DNA of 64,000 nt from Octopus sinensis (taxonomy: Eukaryota): assembly GCF_006345805.1 (NCBI RefSeq), contig NC_042999.1, positions 163,990,001 to 164,054,000 of the forward strand, written 5' to 3'. Under the pieces are notes generated by a model. It ran no database searches. It saw only the letters and a program-made list of their open reading frames with translations, and was not told where the DNA came from. The stretch's first letter is position 1. Every line of letters starts with the position of its first letter. Positions 12,093-24,908 of the stretch are shown one piece after another. The position numbers were made by a program, and so were the translations under genes.

Positions 12093-13427
12093 AACATACA
12101 TACATACATATATATATATATATATGTGTGTGCGTGTGTGTGTGTTGTTGTTGTTGTTGTTGTTGTTGTTGTGTGTGTGTGTGTATGTTTGTGTGAGTGA
12201 AGAGAATGGAGTAGATAATTACGTATAACATACGTATCAAAGGAAATAACCAAACGGAATTTATGAAACTAGGCTATTCCATAGATGTTTAGTGTACCTT
12301 CTCTTCGGATACTTTTTACCTGCTCTTTACAAAAGTACTGCATACGTTAATAAACTTTATCGATCGCGTATCATCTACCTTGTGTTATCTATACAAGCCA
12401 TGTCTATACTTGAAGCTAGCCAACTGTCCGTACCATAATCATTTTGCATCTTACTACATACTCTGTGTGTGTGTGTGTGTGTTTAAGTGTGTGTGTGTAA
12501 GTGTGTGTGTGTGTGTTTTATGTATGTATATACATTTGGTCTCGCATCGGTTTAGATATTTGTACAGCTGCTCGATCAAGGGACCGACATATTCTTTGTT
12601 GCTGTTCCAGTTTGTCTCCATATCAACCCTTATCGCTCACATATAAGATAAAAGCTATTCTCACCCTTTTTTTTATGCTAAAATTATAGAGCATTTCTGG
12701 GGGTACGCAGGACTACATTATATAATGTATCCTCTATGTATTCATGAGGATAAGATATGATTTAAGAAAGCAGTGAATTTTCCAGAAAGGCTTCCTCCCT
12801 ATTCCCCGATCGCTATGTGAAATGAAGTATAGAGAAGGGTGTGCTGTACCTAGGAAAGTAGCATAAACTCGTTACTTATGAGTCACTCAGAACTCCATAC
12901 CTTACCCACGTAGCTAAATTACTGATGCAGAACACTTAAATTAGGGATTCTAGCGATAATTCTTAAACAATATTATTGTTTAATTCAAACCCACAGCTGT
13001 TGGTGTGAAGTAGCAATTTAGGAACCAGTTGCTATATGATATATTTCTTTCATATTTCTTCATTCTAATTTTACGGCTTATTTTTACCACATATTTCCTT
13101 CCACATATTTGAACCACCTATTTCTACCACGAGTACCTATCACTTATCTCTTCTAGCAGAGCTACTAACATAGCCTCTATGCCATCACTCGATCACCTGG
13201 ACATAGCAGCAAAACTCGCTTCAAGTTACACACCCTATTATCTTAAAAAAAGAGAGGGTATATTGTAGTCCTGGATAATACACTATATTTAAAAGCAAGA
13301 CGGAATGATCGTGGCTGGAATATCCTAAATTTTTGGTCTACTTTAAGAGAGCAAACCTAGTCTAAACAACAGCAGCCAATGCTTACCACATATTTCTCAC
13401 AGTTTTGCTTGTTATTATATAGTAGGA

Positions 13428-13635
13428 AGGCGGCTAACTGACAGAATCGTTAATCGCCCCAGACAAAATGTTTAGCACAATTTCTTCCGTCTTTACATTC
13501 TAAGCTCAAATTCGGCCGTGGTCGACTTTCATCTTTTGGGGGTGGATAAAGTAAGTACCAGTTAAGCATCTCTCTTTCCCCAATCGACATCCTCCTTTCC
13601 TCGACATTTCAGGTCTTGTACCTATAAGGATTATA
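13428..13635 (+). mobile_element. Meta-like SINE, diverged
   Basis: ggcggctaactgacagaatcgtt...gtcgactttcatc...gataaagtaagtaccag. Confidence 0.7.
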
Positions 13636-14710
13636 TATTGTAGGAAGAAAAGGAAACGTACCGATGTCCTTTGGCGATGTGTAGCGTATTGTCTGTCGGG
13701 AAAATATGAGTAAAAAAAAATCAGGCCAAAGAGAAATAAATTCTAAAAATATTTAAACGAGGTTTAGGATCTGAGACGCAGTTGATATACCAATAAGTGG
13801 AAAAAACAAGCGTGTTTAATTGATTTGGTGGAGGAGACACACAACCTATCAGATGAGAATAACATATACTCCTATAACAGCTATAGAAGGAATATCGAGA
13901 TATAGCATGTCTGTGTGCCAAAAGTCTGTTAATGTGGCAGTAGATGAATCATTGAAGGATTTTAATGTGTTGGTAAGTGAATCATTGAATGGTTGTAGTG
14001 TGACAGTAAACTTTTGAATGGCTACAGTGTGTGGTAGTGTGTAAGTCTACAGGAGTCTGTAGAGTTTTAATGAACGAGTCATTGAGTGATTTATTACACT
14101 TCGACGATTGATTATATCATTCTGTCGTGTTAGAATTATACTAGTTATGAGGCCTGTACTCCAATATGGCTATAGATTTAATTCGTTTTTATGATGAATT
14201 GCGTACTAACGGCACAATCCCAGATAGCTAGGAATTTTACATGCAAATATACTAAATTTAATCAGAAATTTGTAGCTTTTCAGTTTCCTCTGAAATTTTG
14301 AATCTATAATTAATTCTATGTCGTCTTATTTTCTACTACCTTAATTAAAATTTGATTTTCTTGATTTCACAAATAGAATTTCAGATAAGAAACATAAAAA
14401 TTTGTTCTATATTTCAAATCAGAATGTCTGTCTTATTTCATATTTACTCTCTTAAAGAACTAAGACAAAATAGCAGTAGTAGTATTACTAATATTAATAC
14501 AAGTAGTAGTGTTGGTGGTGGTAGTGATAATGATGGTGAAGTAGGTGATTTTTTTCAGTATGAGACATACGTGTCTAATCAGTTGATGAATAGAGAATAA
14601 TTTCCACAATTGGCAATTGATTAATGTATTGTGTAAATAATTGTTGTTATGCTAAAACTTCCATACACATTTTTAGACTCAAACCCTACCTGCATACATA
14701 CATACATACA

Positions 14711-14743
<33 letters not shown>

Positions 14744-14814
14744 GCATACAAACATGCATATATGCATATATACATACACACGTACGTGTGTATGCGTATA
14801 CGTATATATATATA

Positions 14815-14854
<40 letters not shown>

Positions 14855-15699
14855 ATATGTATTATATATATATATATGTATATATGTATATATATGTATA
14901 TATGTATGTGTATATAAATATGTGTGTGTATGTATGTACATGTGTGTCTGTATGTATATGTGTGTGTATACGTATATTTATTATACAACACGAAATACCA
15001 CTTCAGGAAGGAGAGTGTGTTATATTCTTTATTTGGTGACTAGCTTACTAAGTTAATTATGTTCCGAGTCGAATTGAATGTGCTCACAACTAGCAGCTAA
15101 TCACGTAACCAAACTAAATATATATTCATGTCTATTGAGGATAATTTCCATGAGATGAAGTAACATGAATTTCAAAGTATTGAAACGAAGAAATACCATT
15201 TGCCGTGATCGACCGACAACCTGATATTCCTCCGACCCACTTTTGTCTCGTCAACTTTCCTTATATCCAAAAACACACTGTGGTCTTTTACTATCTTTCT
15301 CTCTTCATGTGCCATGCCTATAGGCGTTGGGGATCATTGACCTCCTGTCCATACACAATTTAGCTTGTTATTAGGTCAGTCTTTCTGAAGGCAGCTGTTG
15401 AGGTCATCAAGTGTCTTCTTTCTGCCTTTCCTAACTTCTCGTTCCTTTCATTTACCTTGTTTCCACAAAGCACTAATCTCTGAATGAGATTTGTCCGTGA
15501 ACTTTCACTTGTGCTCTTACATAAATCTAAGTTACAGCATCTGAATTTATATGCGTGCTCGAATGAATCCAAGCAGTAACAGTAATTTCTTATACTGAAT
15601 ATAGCAAACTTGTCAGTTGTGACCCAACTAGTTTCAACAAAGCTTTACAGTCAAACCCAGAAAATGTCTCTACTACCCACCTTATCAACATTTGCTTTT

Positions 15700-16022
15700 T
15701 TGTACTCCTTCGGTTACAATGACCAAGGTTCAAGTTGATCCGACCAACGGAACAGACTGCTCATGAAATTAACGAGCAAGTGGCTGAGCACTCCACAGAC
15801 ATGCGTACCCTTAAACGTAGTTCTTAGGTAGATTCAACGTGACACAGAATGTGTCAAGACTAGCTCTCTGAATTACAGGTACTACTCATTTTTACCAGCT
15901 GATTGGACTGGAACAACGGACAATAAAGTATCTTTCTCAAGGACACAACACACCGTCGGGAATCGTGCTCACGACCTTACGATAGTGAGATGAATACTCC
16001 TAATCCCTAAACCATGGGCCTT
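15700..16022 (-). mobile_element. tRNA-derived SINE of a further family
   Basis: Shares actcatttttaccagctgattggactggaac...caaggacacaac with the V-like SINE; distinct core gagcaagtggctgagcactccacagac. Confidence 0.7.
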
Positions 16023-16555
16023 CCTTTATATGCCACATACAATATACACACATAGAGGTAAATATAATTAAAAAATTTACAACGACCTTTAAAAATATAT
16101 TTACCCTCATTTTATTTTATTTTATTTGGTATATGTATATATGTGGTGAATATGTGTACTAGACATTGCGTACAACTAACGGAGTATCTGCATCGGTTAA
16201 TTCGAAACAATGTTATGCCTTTATCTGTAAATTGGCGACAATTTCTTGACCGTTAGAACTAGATATTACAAGAAACGGCCGCTCATTTAATTTTGGTTGT
16301 AGAGTCCACGCATTTGAAAAGCGATATGGTAATTTAGCTACACCAACGTAACATGTACTTTTACCAATTTTGTTGGCTTTACAGATGCAATGTTTTGATA
16401 GGTTGGAATCCAAACTATCTCCTCCCCCCTTTATGAAGTCTATATTTCTTATGAAGCTTGCTTCTAATTCAATTATATTTTTAAATGTTTACCTTCATAG
16501 AATGATTTTATTTCGCCGACAGAAGACTGTATATTGCCTGATGAAATGACGTGGT

Positions 16556-16556
16556 T

Positions 16557-16591
<35 letters not shown>

Positions 16592-16644
16592 AATGATGAT
16601 GATGATGATGATGATGAGGAGGAGGAGGAGGAGGAGGAGGAGGA

Positions 16645-16677
<33 letters not shown>

Positions 16678-16700
16678 TGATATCGACGATATAGATGATG
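16556..16700. repeat. Compound trinucleotide array (GAT)n(GGA)n(GAC)n
   Basis: Read directly; source of the poly-H/P/R ORF 16473-16760. Confidence 0.95.
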
Positions 16701-16744
16701 GTAGTCTCTCGTAGTCCGAGAAGGTCGATTCTGCAATTTCCTGA

Positions 16745-16925
16745 TGAACAACTTACACAAATGATTTGTTTGTAGTGATCAAATGCACGTGCTATACATT
16801 AGGTCACTCCCTCCATCAACTCGACATCGTCTGTACTGGTGCAAGCTGTACCACACGTCAGCGTGATCGCAGAACAACGTGGGGGTGAAGTGTTTTGCTC
16901 AAGAACACATCGCACCACCCGGTAC
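16745..16925 (-). mobile_element. SINE fragment, same family as 28307-28570
   Basis: cacaaatgatttgtttgtagtgatcaaatg is the reverse complement of 28520-28552; also gtgttttgctcaagaacac. Confidence 0.65.
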
Positions 16926-17573
16926 ATTGTGTTCTTGTGGCTAAACTTGCGAAAGGGTAGCCCATAACTATGCAGGGCACAGTCACCACTCCGTGATGTA
17001 TTTTACAGTACCCGCATTCAATTCAAGCCCCCAATTCAAATATGAATAACAGAAGTGGGTGGTAACAGAGAGTCACAACAATCCGTGCAAACAGCGCTAC
17101 CGGATGTGTGTATGTATGAATGTATGTATGTATGTATGTATGTATGTATGAATGTATGTATGTATGTATGTATGTATATATGTTTGTATGTATGTATGTT
17201 TGTATGTATGTACATATATATGAATAAATAAATAAATATATATAAATAAATAAATAAATAAATATATAAATAAATAAATATATAAATAAATAACTAAATA
17301 TATAAATAAATAAATAAATAAATATACATATATATATATGTATATATAGGTAATATATAGGTATATATGAGAGGTAATGGTGTCAGTGACACCCAAAGGT
17401 GTCAGGTAATGCTGAATAAGTGCTATAGAAGGACCATAGTTAAGTTCCAGATTCGGTGATTATGCGAATAAGGGGTTCAACGTTGGTCATATGTCAACGT
17501 GTGTATATAAAACTTTTTTTCGTAATGAGATAAAAAACCAAGGTTGTGTAGATTTTAGAAAACATATAGATAG

Positions 17574-17621
17574 GTCTTACAGCTGTTTCCAGGATATTTA
17601 CTATATCCCTTCATCGGAGAC
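17574..17621 (-). ncRNA. Type I hammerhead ribozyme in a Penelope-like 3' end, U4C variant
   Basis: gtct cCGATGA a gggatat-agtaa-atatcct g GAAA cagctg TA agac: stem I gtct/agac, palindromic stem III ACAGCTGT, GUA site. Confidence 0.65.
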
Positions 17622-17758
17622 GGTGTGAGAGGATAGTTAAGTCATAGTTAGTTTAGATAAGATATAAAATAGAGGGTGGGGTGGGGAAATAAAAGAAAAT
17701 AGATTGAGATATGTAGGGATATTGCATATATATATATATATTATATATATATATATAT

Positions 17759-17798
<40 letters not shown>

Positions 17799-17869
17799 AT
17801 ATATATATATATATATGCTAATTGCAACTTTTTGTGATAAGAGGGCCATATCTTCATTGAACATTGCAC

Positions 17870-18000
17870 ATCATATGTGTACACAAGTGGCTTTTCAGCC
17901 CAGCTTCTGTTCTGCAGGAATTTCAGATGTGAAATTTATTTTCCTCTACAATGCAATAGTAATGCGGTGCGCATCGCGGTAGGGCGATCACAGAAGCCGT

Positions 18001-18031
<31 letters not shown>

Positions 18032-18710
18032 CCCCTCTCACTCGATCGCGCCTCAACTGTTGCTGAGTCTCTGCAGGCAGTGCACTTGGGTTCCGTTTAC
18101 TGAGCATGCTCCATTCACTTTTGTTCAAAGACATCGCAACAGTACAGTCAAATTCTCCCAGATATCCATATCAATCCCTCTCAAAGCTTTGAGGTTGCTT
18201 TTATGACATCCTTTAACTGCTTCCTAGGCTAATGCTGAGACCTTCTCCCTCTAACCAGCTATCCATAAAATATCTGTTCGGGCAACCTTCCCCCTTCCGC
18301 CCTGACAACTCGTCCAGTCCAACACATCTGTTTTCAATACAAATGCTGTTAGCTTTCTCAAACAGAACAATATCAGGCGGGTAAGAGGACCACTTTATGT
18401 ACAACAAGAATCAGCGGGCACAATGCTGGTGAAACCTTCCCAACTGCTTGATATGATGCCTGGAAGGTCTTCACGTTCAGCAGCCGTACAGCTGGGCAGT
18501 AGAACACAGGTCTCATACATAGTGAGCATCGTGTCTCTCGTGAAACTCCGACCTGACTAGACTCGCTTGTCGAGGTTCCCGAAAGTAGTTCCAGCTTTTA
18601 CAATCCTGTGATTTATTTCGGGGTCAAGGGTACCGACTCTACTAAATGTTCTTCCAAGACACACAGAGTCGTCTCCCACGAAAATGTCAGTGGAATGTAC
18701 ATAACCTTTA
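17870..18710 (-). mobile_element. RTE/BovB-like LINE, RT C-terminal relic
   Basis: LGRTFSRVGTLDPEINHRIVKAGTTFGNLDKRV...LYGC...RFHQHC...LPKQIFYG...LKDVIKSNLKA, and a terminal CRTEAGLKSHLCTH zinc-finger-like motif. Confidence 0.85.
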
Positions 18711-19187
18711 TCTTTTTATGCTAATATTTAGCCTCAATGCCGTGCATGCATCGGAGAGGATGTCCAATATTGTCTTTATGTCCATTGCTGAATGAGCCCC
18801 AAATTCCGCATCATTAGCATGAAGGAACTCTGACAAGGTTGGAAAATATGTTTGACTTGGTGTTGAAGCGTTTTAGATAAGAAACATTGCCAAATGTTCT
18901 GCATCGATCGCATGTACACGCCGAATATTTTTCGACAATATATATATATAACTGATATAAACAGCTAGGGGCAATGTGAAAAATTCAGTTGTCAATAAGT
19001 GTGACTAAGGGTGCCGAAACATTTACATTGCTATAAATAAGAGCTAAAATACACTTAATACTGTAGGAAAAGCGCAAATGTATATATACATGCTGACTGT
19101 CGGTTACAGAGCGGTTATCACCTTATGACCGACCCGAGAATCCCCAGACTAGATAATCCCGGAAGGAGCCTCCATGTATTGTATGTA

Positions 19188-19261
<74 letters not shown>

Positions 19262-19304
19262 AATGCACACATACATTCATTCATACATGCACACATATAC
19301 ATGC

Positions 19305-19366
<62 letters not shown>

Positions 19367-19425
19367 CATATATATATATTGATAGAAACGGTAAGACAAC
19401 AAAAGAATGAAAGAGACCTCGATAT

Positions 19426-19598
19426 TAGCCATGATAAAAATCCGAGTTTCGGGCGTCGGGGCGGAAAACCACGCCGCCATTTCTTCACTTATCGGGGCCA
19501 TCGAAAAGAATGCTATGAAAATGATGGCCCGATAACTGAAGAGATGGCGGCGTGGTTTTCCGCCCCGACACCCGAAACTCGGAGTTATATCATGGCTA
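19426..19598. repeat. GC-rich palindrome (77/76-bp arms, 20-nt spacer) whose arms are hammerhead motifs
   Basis: Arms 19426-19502 and 19523-19598 differ by 5 substitutions and 1 indel. Right arm reads gataa CTGAAGA g...c GAAA ctcggagt t atatc. Confidence 0.9.
19531..19591 (+). ncRNA. Type I hammerhead motif in the right arm; degenerate mirror copy at 19433-19493 (minus)
   Basis: CTGAAGA 19536-19542, GAAA 19574-19577, stem III ACTC-g-GAGT, GUU site; stem I gataa/atatc has one mismatch. Confidence 0.6.
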
Positions 19599-19693
19599 CC
19601 GAATAATTGTCACATATTATATTTACATATATATATATATATATATATGTTTTCCTTTTCCTTTAACACACACACACACACACACACACACAC

Positions 19694-19769
<76 letters not shown>

Positions 19770-19779
19770 ATATATATAA

Positions 19780-19920
19780 AGTCGAGCAAATCGACCCCAG
19801 GACTTATACTTTGCAACCCTAGTACTTATTCTATCGGTATATTTTGCCGAACAGTTAAGTTACAGGGACGTAAACGCACCAATCGGTTGTCAAGCGATGT
19901 TGGGGGCAAACACATACACA
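19780..19920 (-). mobile_element. 3' half of composite SINE
   Basis: gtcgagcaaatcgaccccaggacttat...gtacttattctatcgg...ttttgccgaac, homologous to 11900-12030. Confidence 0.75.
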
Positions 19921-19927
19921 CACATGT

Positions 19928-20202
19928 AACATATGGTATGCCATTTCCCCGCAGACTGAAAGGATGATGAACAACCTTAATCGATTTTCGAACTTTGATT
20001 TCTTCTCATCAGAGGCGTCCATATCATTCTAACAGTCTCCAGAGAAACTAGAAGCGAAATTGTTTATATACTTAACAAATGCAGCAGTTATTCTGTGAAG
20101 GAGTCCCTAATTTGCATACCGAAAGTGTATAAATACCAGCGGCCTGTCAATGGGGATTTTAGTCCACACAGTATCAAGATATCATATGAATATGCAACAT
20201 AT

Positions 20203-20207
<5 letters not shown>
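19928..20207 (-). mobile_element. 268-bp retrozyme-like or non-autonomous Penelope-like unit with a 12-bp terminal repeat
   Basis: aacatatggtat at 19928-19939 and 20196-20207; intact hammerhead inside; no ORF. Confidence 0.6.
19953..20038 (-). ncRNA. Type I hammerhead ribozyme, intact core, extended stem I
   Basis: gcct CTGATGA gaa-gaaatcaaag-ttc GAAA atcgat T A aggt (core 19974-20016). Stem III palindrome AATCGATT. Stem I continues for roughly 20 bp with bulges (agactgttagaatgatatggacgcct / aggttgttcatcatcctttcagtct). Confidence 0.8.
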
Positions 20208-20243
<36 letters not shown>

Positions 20244-20739
20244 GATCATTAGTAGTATACATAACAGAAAAGGTGTTCTTCTGTATGTCCTGTTACGCGC
20301 ATGCCCAGTGATACACATTAACCGGTTATAACGTTTTCCAGACTTGGCACATGTTTATGCGCATGCCCGAAGACAAAAATTACCGTCAACACTATTTGAA
20401 ATTTTTACTTTGCGGATCAACCTTACGATCTGTTCATACAATTTGATTTGCTTTTGTGATATAAGACATCTAAAAACGTTTATTGCATAATGTTTACTTT
20501 CCGTTTCTTTGATGCTAATAATATTTTGTTTTTATCATTCCTTCGTAGAAAGAACTGTTTTTATTAAAGCTTATGTTGTGTGTTAGTTTTTCAGTTAATA
20601 TATCTTATTAATTCATCATTGTCTTTTTTTTTTAATGTTAAATGCACATTCTGTTAATAACTGCTTCGTAGTATTTCATCTTCTAGGTCTCTGCTTTAAA
20701 TTTTTATATTTTAGACTGATGCATCACCTGTATATGTTC

Positions 20740-21000
20740 GTTCAACATGCTAGAAATACCAGCCAAATCACCCGCTCCTCACACCTTTTGAAGTACTTAA
20801 GGACCTCGAATGAATGTTTAACTACTAGGAGTGAGGTTTTTTCTTGCTACCTGCATTTTAAAAAATACATCTTAGATGAAATTAAGACCCATCCATCTAA
20901 TGCTGACGTAATTTTCGATATATATAAGACAACAGTTTTTTCGTGCGAAGTTTTGACAATGAACAGGTCGCAGTTTCAGAGCGACGAAAATATTTTGACA
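20740..21000 (+). mobile_element. Penelope-like GIY-YIG tail with a decayed hammerhead at 20954-21000
   Basis: KYLRTSNECLTTRSEVFSCYLHFKKYIL parallels the 1480-1800 relic; downstream gtcgc-agtttcaga-gcgac GAAA atatt. Confidence 0.6.
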
Positions 21001-21169
21001 CAAATTAAATTTAAATGTTGAAGTGAATCTAACGGTTTTTTGTGTGTTCTTAAATGGCTTACAAACACCTTCCACGCTGCAATTGTTTTTGTTTCAGCAC
21101 ACGATCTCAGATCAAGTCACGTGGTATGCAAGTACATCTCCGTAATTTAAGTTTCATTCGTGTCAGAAT

Positions 21170-22295
21170 TTTCGTTGCTCGACCGGTATCACAGACGAAC
21201 TTTATCCAGGACAGACACCAGCTGACAGACCAGGTATAACTGACAGAGTATTTAATATGCAACTTAAGGATCTCTTGCATGATATTTTAGAGAAGAATGT
21301 TTTGGGAGAGGTTGCAGGGTACATGTGGACTATAGAGTTTCAAAAGTGTGGGCTACCTCATTGTCATATGTCGTTCGTATTAAAAAAAGATCTAGAACAT
21401 TATGATAAATTTGTTTATACAGAACTTCTAAATCCACAAACACAACCAATTCTGTTTCAACATGTCACCAAAAGCATGCTACATGGTCCATGTGGAAGAG
21501 ACAAACCCAATGCAACATGTATGGTTGATGGGAAATGTAAGAGATGTCTCTCTAAAGACTTTCGGGAAAACACATGACACAGTTATAATGGCTGTCCACG
21601 TGACCGACGTCGAAATAAGGGTTTTACATTTACGAAGTCAAATGTTGAATCATTTAGTTGTACCGTATTCCCACTTCTTTTTAGCCAAATATGGCGGTCA
21701 TTGTAATGTAGAGAATTGTGCATCTGTAAAATCAGTTAAATATATTAACAAATATATTCATAAAGGTCATGATCGGGTGACGGTTAATATTAGTGGACAA
21801 GTCAATGCCCAACAAACACACAAAGATGAAATTGAAAATTATATCAATGGCTGCTATGTATCCTCATCAGAACAATCAGGAAGATTTTAGGGTTCAAATT
21901 GCATGATTCATATCCTGTAGTCCGACATATTACAGTTCATTTGCCCCAGCAGCAATACATTTACTTTAATAAGGATGATGATATTGAACATGTTATCCAC
22001 AAACATGACAGGTCCACTCTCACTGAATGGATGTGAGTTAACCGGGAATCACCAGCAATCACTCATTTGCACGGACATTACACTCTACTGATTTCCCTGG
22101 ATTTTACACAGGGAATAATAAGGAAAAAATGTGGCATCTCAGAAAAAATAATACACACTCAATTGGTCGTATCTACTTTGTTCCAATAAAGGAACAAGAG
22201 CGATTCTATCTAAGAGCTTTACTATATCATATTCCCGAAGCTACATCATTTGAAGATATGAGGGCTATTAATGGTGTAGTTTGCAAATATTTCAG
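21170..22295 (+). pseudogene. Helitron Rep(-helicase) relic
   Basis: PGQTPADRPGITDRVF, TIEFQKCGLPHCH (HUH motif), LHGPCG...CMVDGKC, VVPY...HCNVE...VKYINKYIHKGHDR (Y..KY..K), DEIENY, IGRIYFV...RFYLRALL...TSFEDMRAING; disrupted by stops and frameshifts. Confidence 0.93.
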
Positions 22296-22453
22296 CTACT
22301 CCATATCAGATGCGAAGACTTTTCTGCTCCATTCTTAATTACTGCATTCTATATGTATACTTATGTATATACATTACACAAATATATGATACAATGTAAA
22401 ATACACTATCTTAAAGATAGCGTGTTCGCACTAGTGTGTGTGTGTGTGTGTGT

Positions 22454-22495
<42 letters not shown>

Positions 22496-22499
22496 CGTC

Positions 22500-22537
<38 letters not shown>

Positions 22538-23125
22538 ATAATATATATATATATTGCTGTTCTGGCTGATATTTCGTACGCTGTTATATGTAGGCTCATC
22601 GTTTGCTCACATTAGAATACAGGAATATTGGCAAGAATAAGAGAAGCGGGAATCAGATCGGGTACTGATTGGGTTGTCATGATATGTCATACAGGTTGTT
22701 GGTTTAGGAGAGCATCTGCCTTTGCAATAATTATAACAGTAGACGCAGAAATTGAAGGAAGGTAAGATTCGTTAGTGTGATACGGATTGCTGTGAGTTGT
22801 TAGCGAATCAATGCATTCTAATTACCCCGCTGTTCCTTTGGGAGAGCGATGTTATTGAAACTGATATACACTTTTGGCGTCTTATACATTCTATGCCCGC
22901 GATAGGAGATCCTCACATGCACTCACGCACACACATACATACATGCATACATACATATATGCGTATATATATATAAATGTATACATACATACATACACAC
23001 ACACACACATATATATATATATACATACATAGATGTATACACACATATATACATACATATATATACATATATTTATGCACATATGTACATATACACACGT
23101 ACACTCTCACACACACACGCACATA

Positions 23126-23157
<32 letters not shown>

Positions 23158-23159
23158 TT

Positions 23160-23355
23160 TTCGCCCTCCCCACTGCTTAAAACCGGTATTGGCTTGTTTA
23201 CTCCCTCGTATTCCAGCGGTTCGACAAAATACAATGGCTTGTTAAGTACTAGACTTAGGGATTCAACGTAGACACTTAGATCGATTTGTTCGGCTATGCA
23301 CCTTTAAGGCGGTGCTCCAGCATGGCAACGGTGAAATGAATGAATGAAACAATTA
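23160..23355 (+). mobile_element. 3' half of composite SINE, diverged
   Basis: cagcggttcgacaaaa...tttaaggcggtgctccagcatggc. Confidence 0.7.
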
Positions 23356-23595
23356 ACGATAAAAGAAAAACTATATGAAAGTGAGATAATCACAAAAACC
23401 AAGAATCCGATATTGACATGTCGTGAAGACAATCGATTGGCTTATTGAATGGAAACAAGAGGTCAATCGTGGACTAGTGTTTCTGCCTCAATAGACGTCA
23501 TCAGCGCTACAATTATCATATCCTATTTCCAGCTGCCAAGGGACATAGGCATATAAACAACGGTGGTGTATATGTATGTGTACACAAACACACAC

Positions 23596-23678
<83 letters not shown>

Positions 23679-24908
23679 TGAGAGAGAGAGAATTTCAGGG
23701 GGGGATGTAGATATAGGCATATATTTAACTTATACATATCTATACATATATACGTTTTTTACAGATATATGCATCAATACATACATATAAATACATAATT
23801 GCATATATACATCATATATATAAATACATAATTGCATATATACATCATATATATAAATTTGTATATTTATATACCTACACACACAAACACAAACACACAC
23901 ACGCATACACACACACATAAACACACACAATACTACACATAATTATACGTTAAATGAAACCAATGCTGTATAATTTACTCTACTTGCAATGAATGGGGGA
24001 AAGTATCATTAAAGAACATTAAAACTACAATTGAAGCCTATTGTCTATTATGGAAAATTTGATCAGTAGATTATGATAATTTTCGAATCAGGCGATCAAA
24101 ACGAAAAGCAGTTTCTACGTCTACTAGGGTGGGTTAGTGTCTGGGAGTCCCGTGCAGTTTATACATATATATTTATTTTCTTAAATAAATAGGGCTTTCC
24201 TTTTTATGTTCTTTTCTTTTTAAATAGCTGTATTGTGTCTGTTTATTATAAATATTAAAAATTGTTTTAAGCAAAAGTATCGTTCCAATTGTCGCTCGCG
24301 TTGTTTAGGTCCAGGTTAGCTCCAATCGAAAGTCACGAATTGTGTTCTAGTTGTTACCATCACTTCATATTCTACATCCATCACTATTTTGTTCGATGTT
24401 GTACTCCTTTCCAAAAAGGCAGTCTGTGATTTGAATATTTGGCCAGAAATTACATCATTTGTGTTTAGTAAATTTAGAGCTTTTTTTTGTTGTTTTTGGT
24501 TGCAAATTCCTAACTTCTGTAGGTTTTTTTTTTAATCATAAATTTATATATTCTGATTGGTATAATTGTATAATTTCTATTTTTAGTAAATATATGAACA
24601 TACTTCCTGACATATTTCAGTGAACTATGTATATATTGTGTTTGATTTGTACATCAAAAATGTTATATTTTGGTAGATATTTTTTCTGCTTATTTTTCGG
24701 TAGATATCTTTTCTGCTTATTTTTCTTACTACATGCGTTGCATTTCTGTTTTCATAAAACATAAAGATTATGTTTTCAGTAAATATATAGATTATTTTTT
24801 GTAAATGCATAGATTTTACTTTTTATAATTTAAGTTGTAACTATATATTTTCTGCTTTCAGTGAACGTAGTATTTTTCAAGCTTTTTTAAAAAAATTAAA
24901 TATAGACG

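Noticed and set aside
13720-14140. Non-repetitive stretch with gaatcattgaa repeats and a partly open minus frame
   Set aside because: Possibly a retroelement ORF1 or gag relic, but no diagnostic motif.
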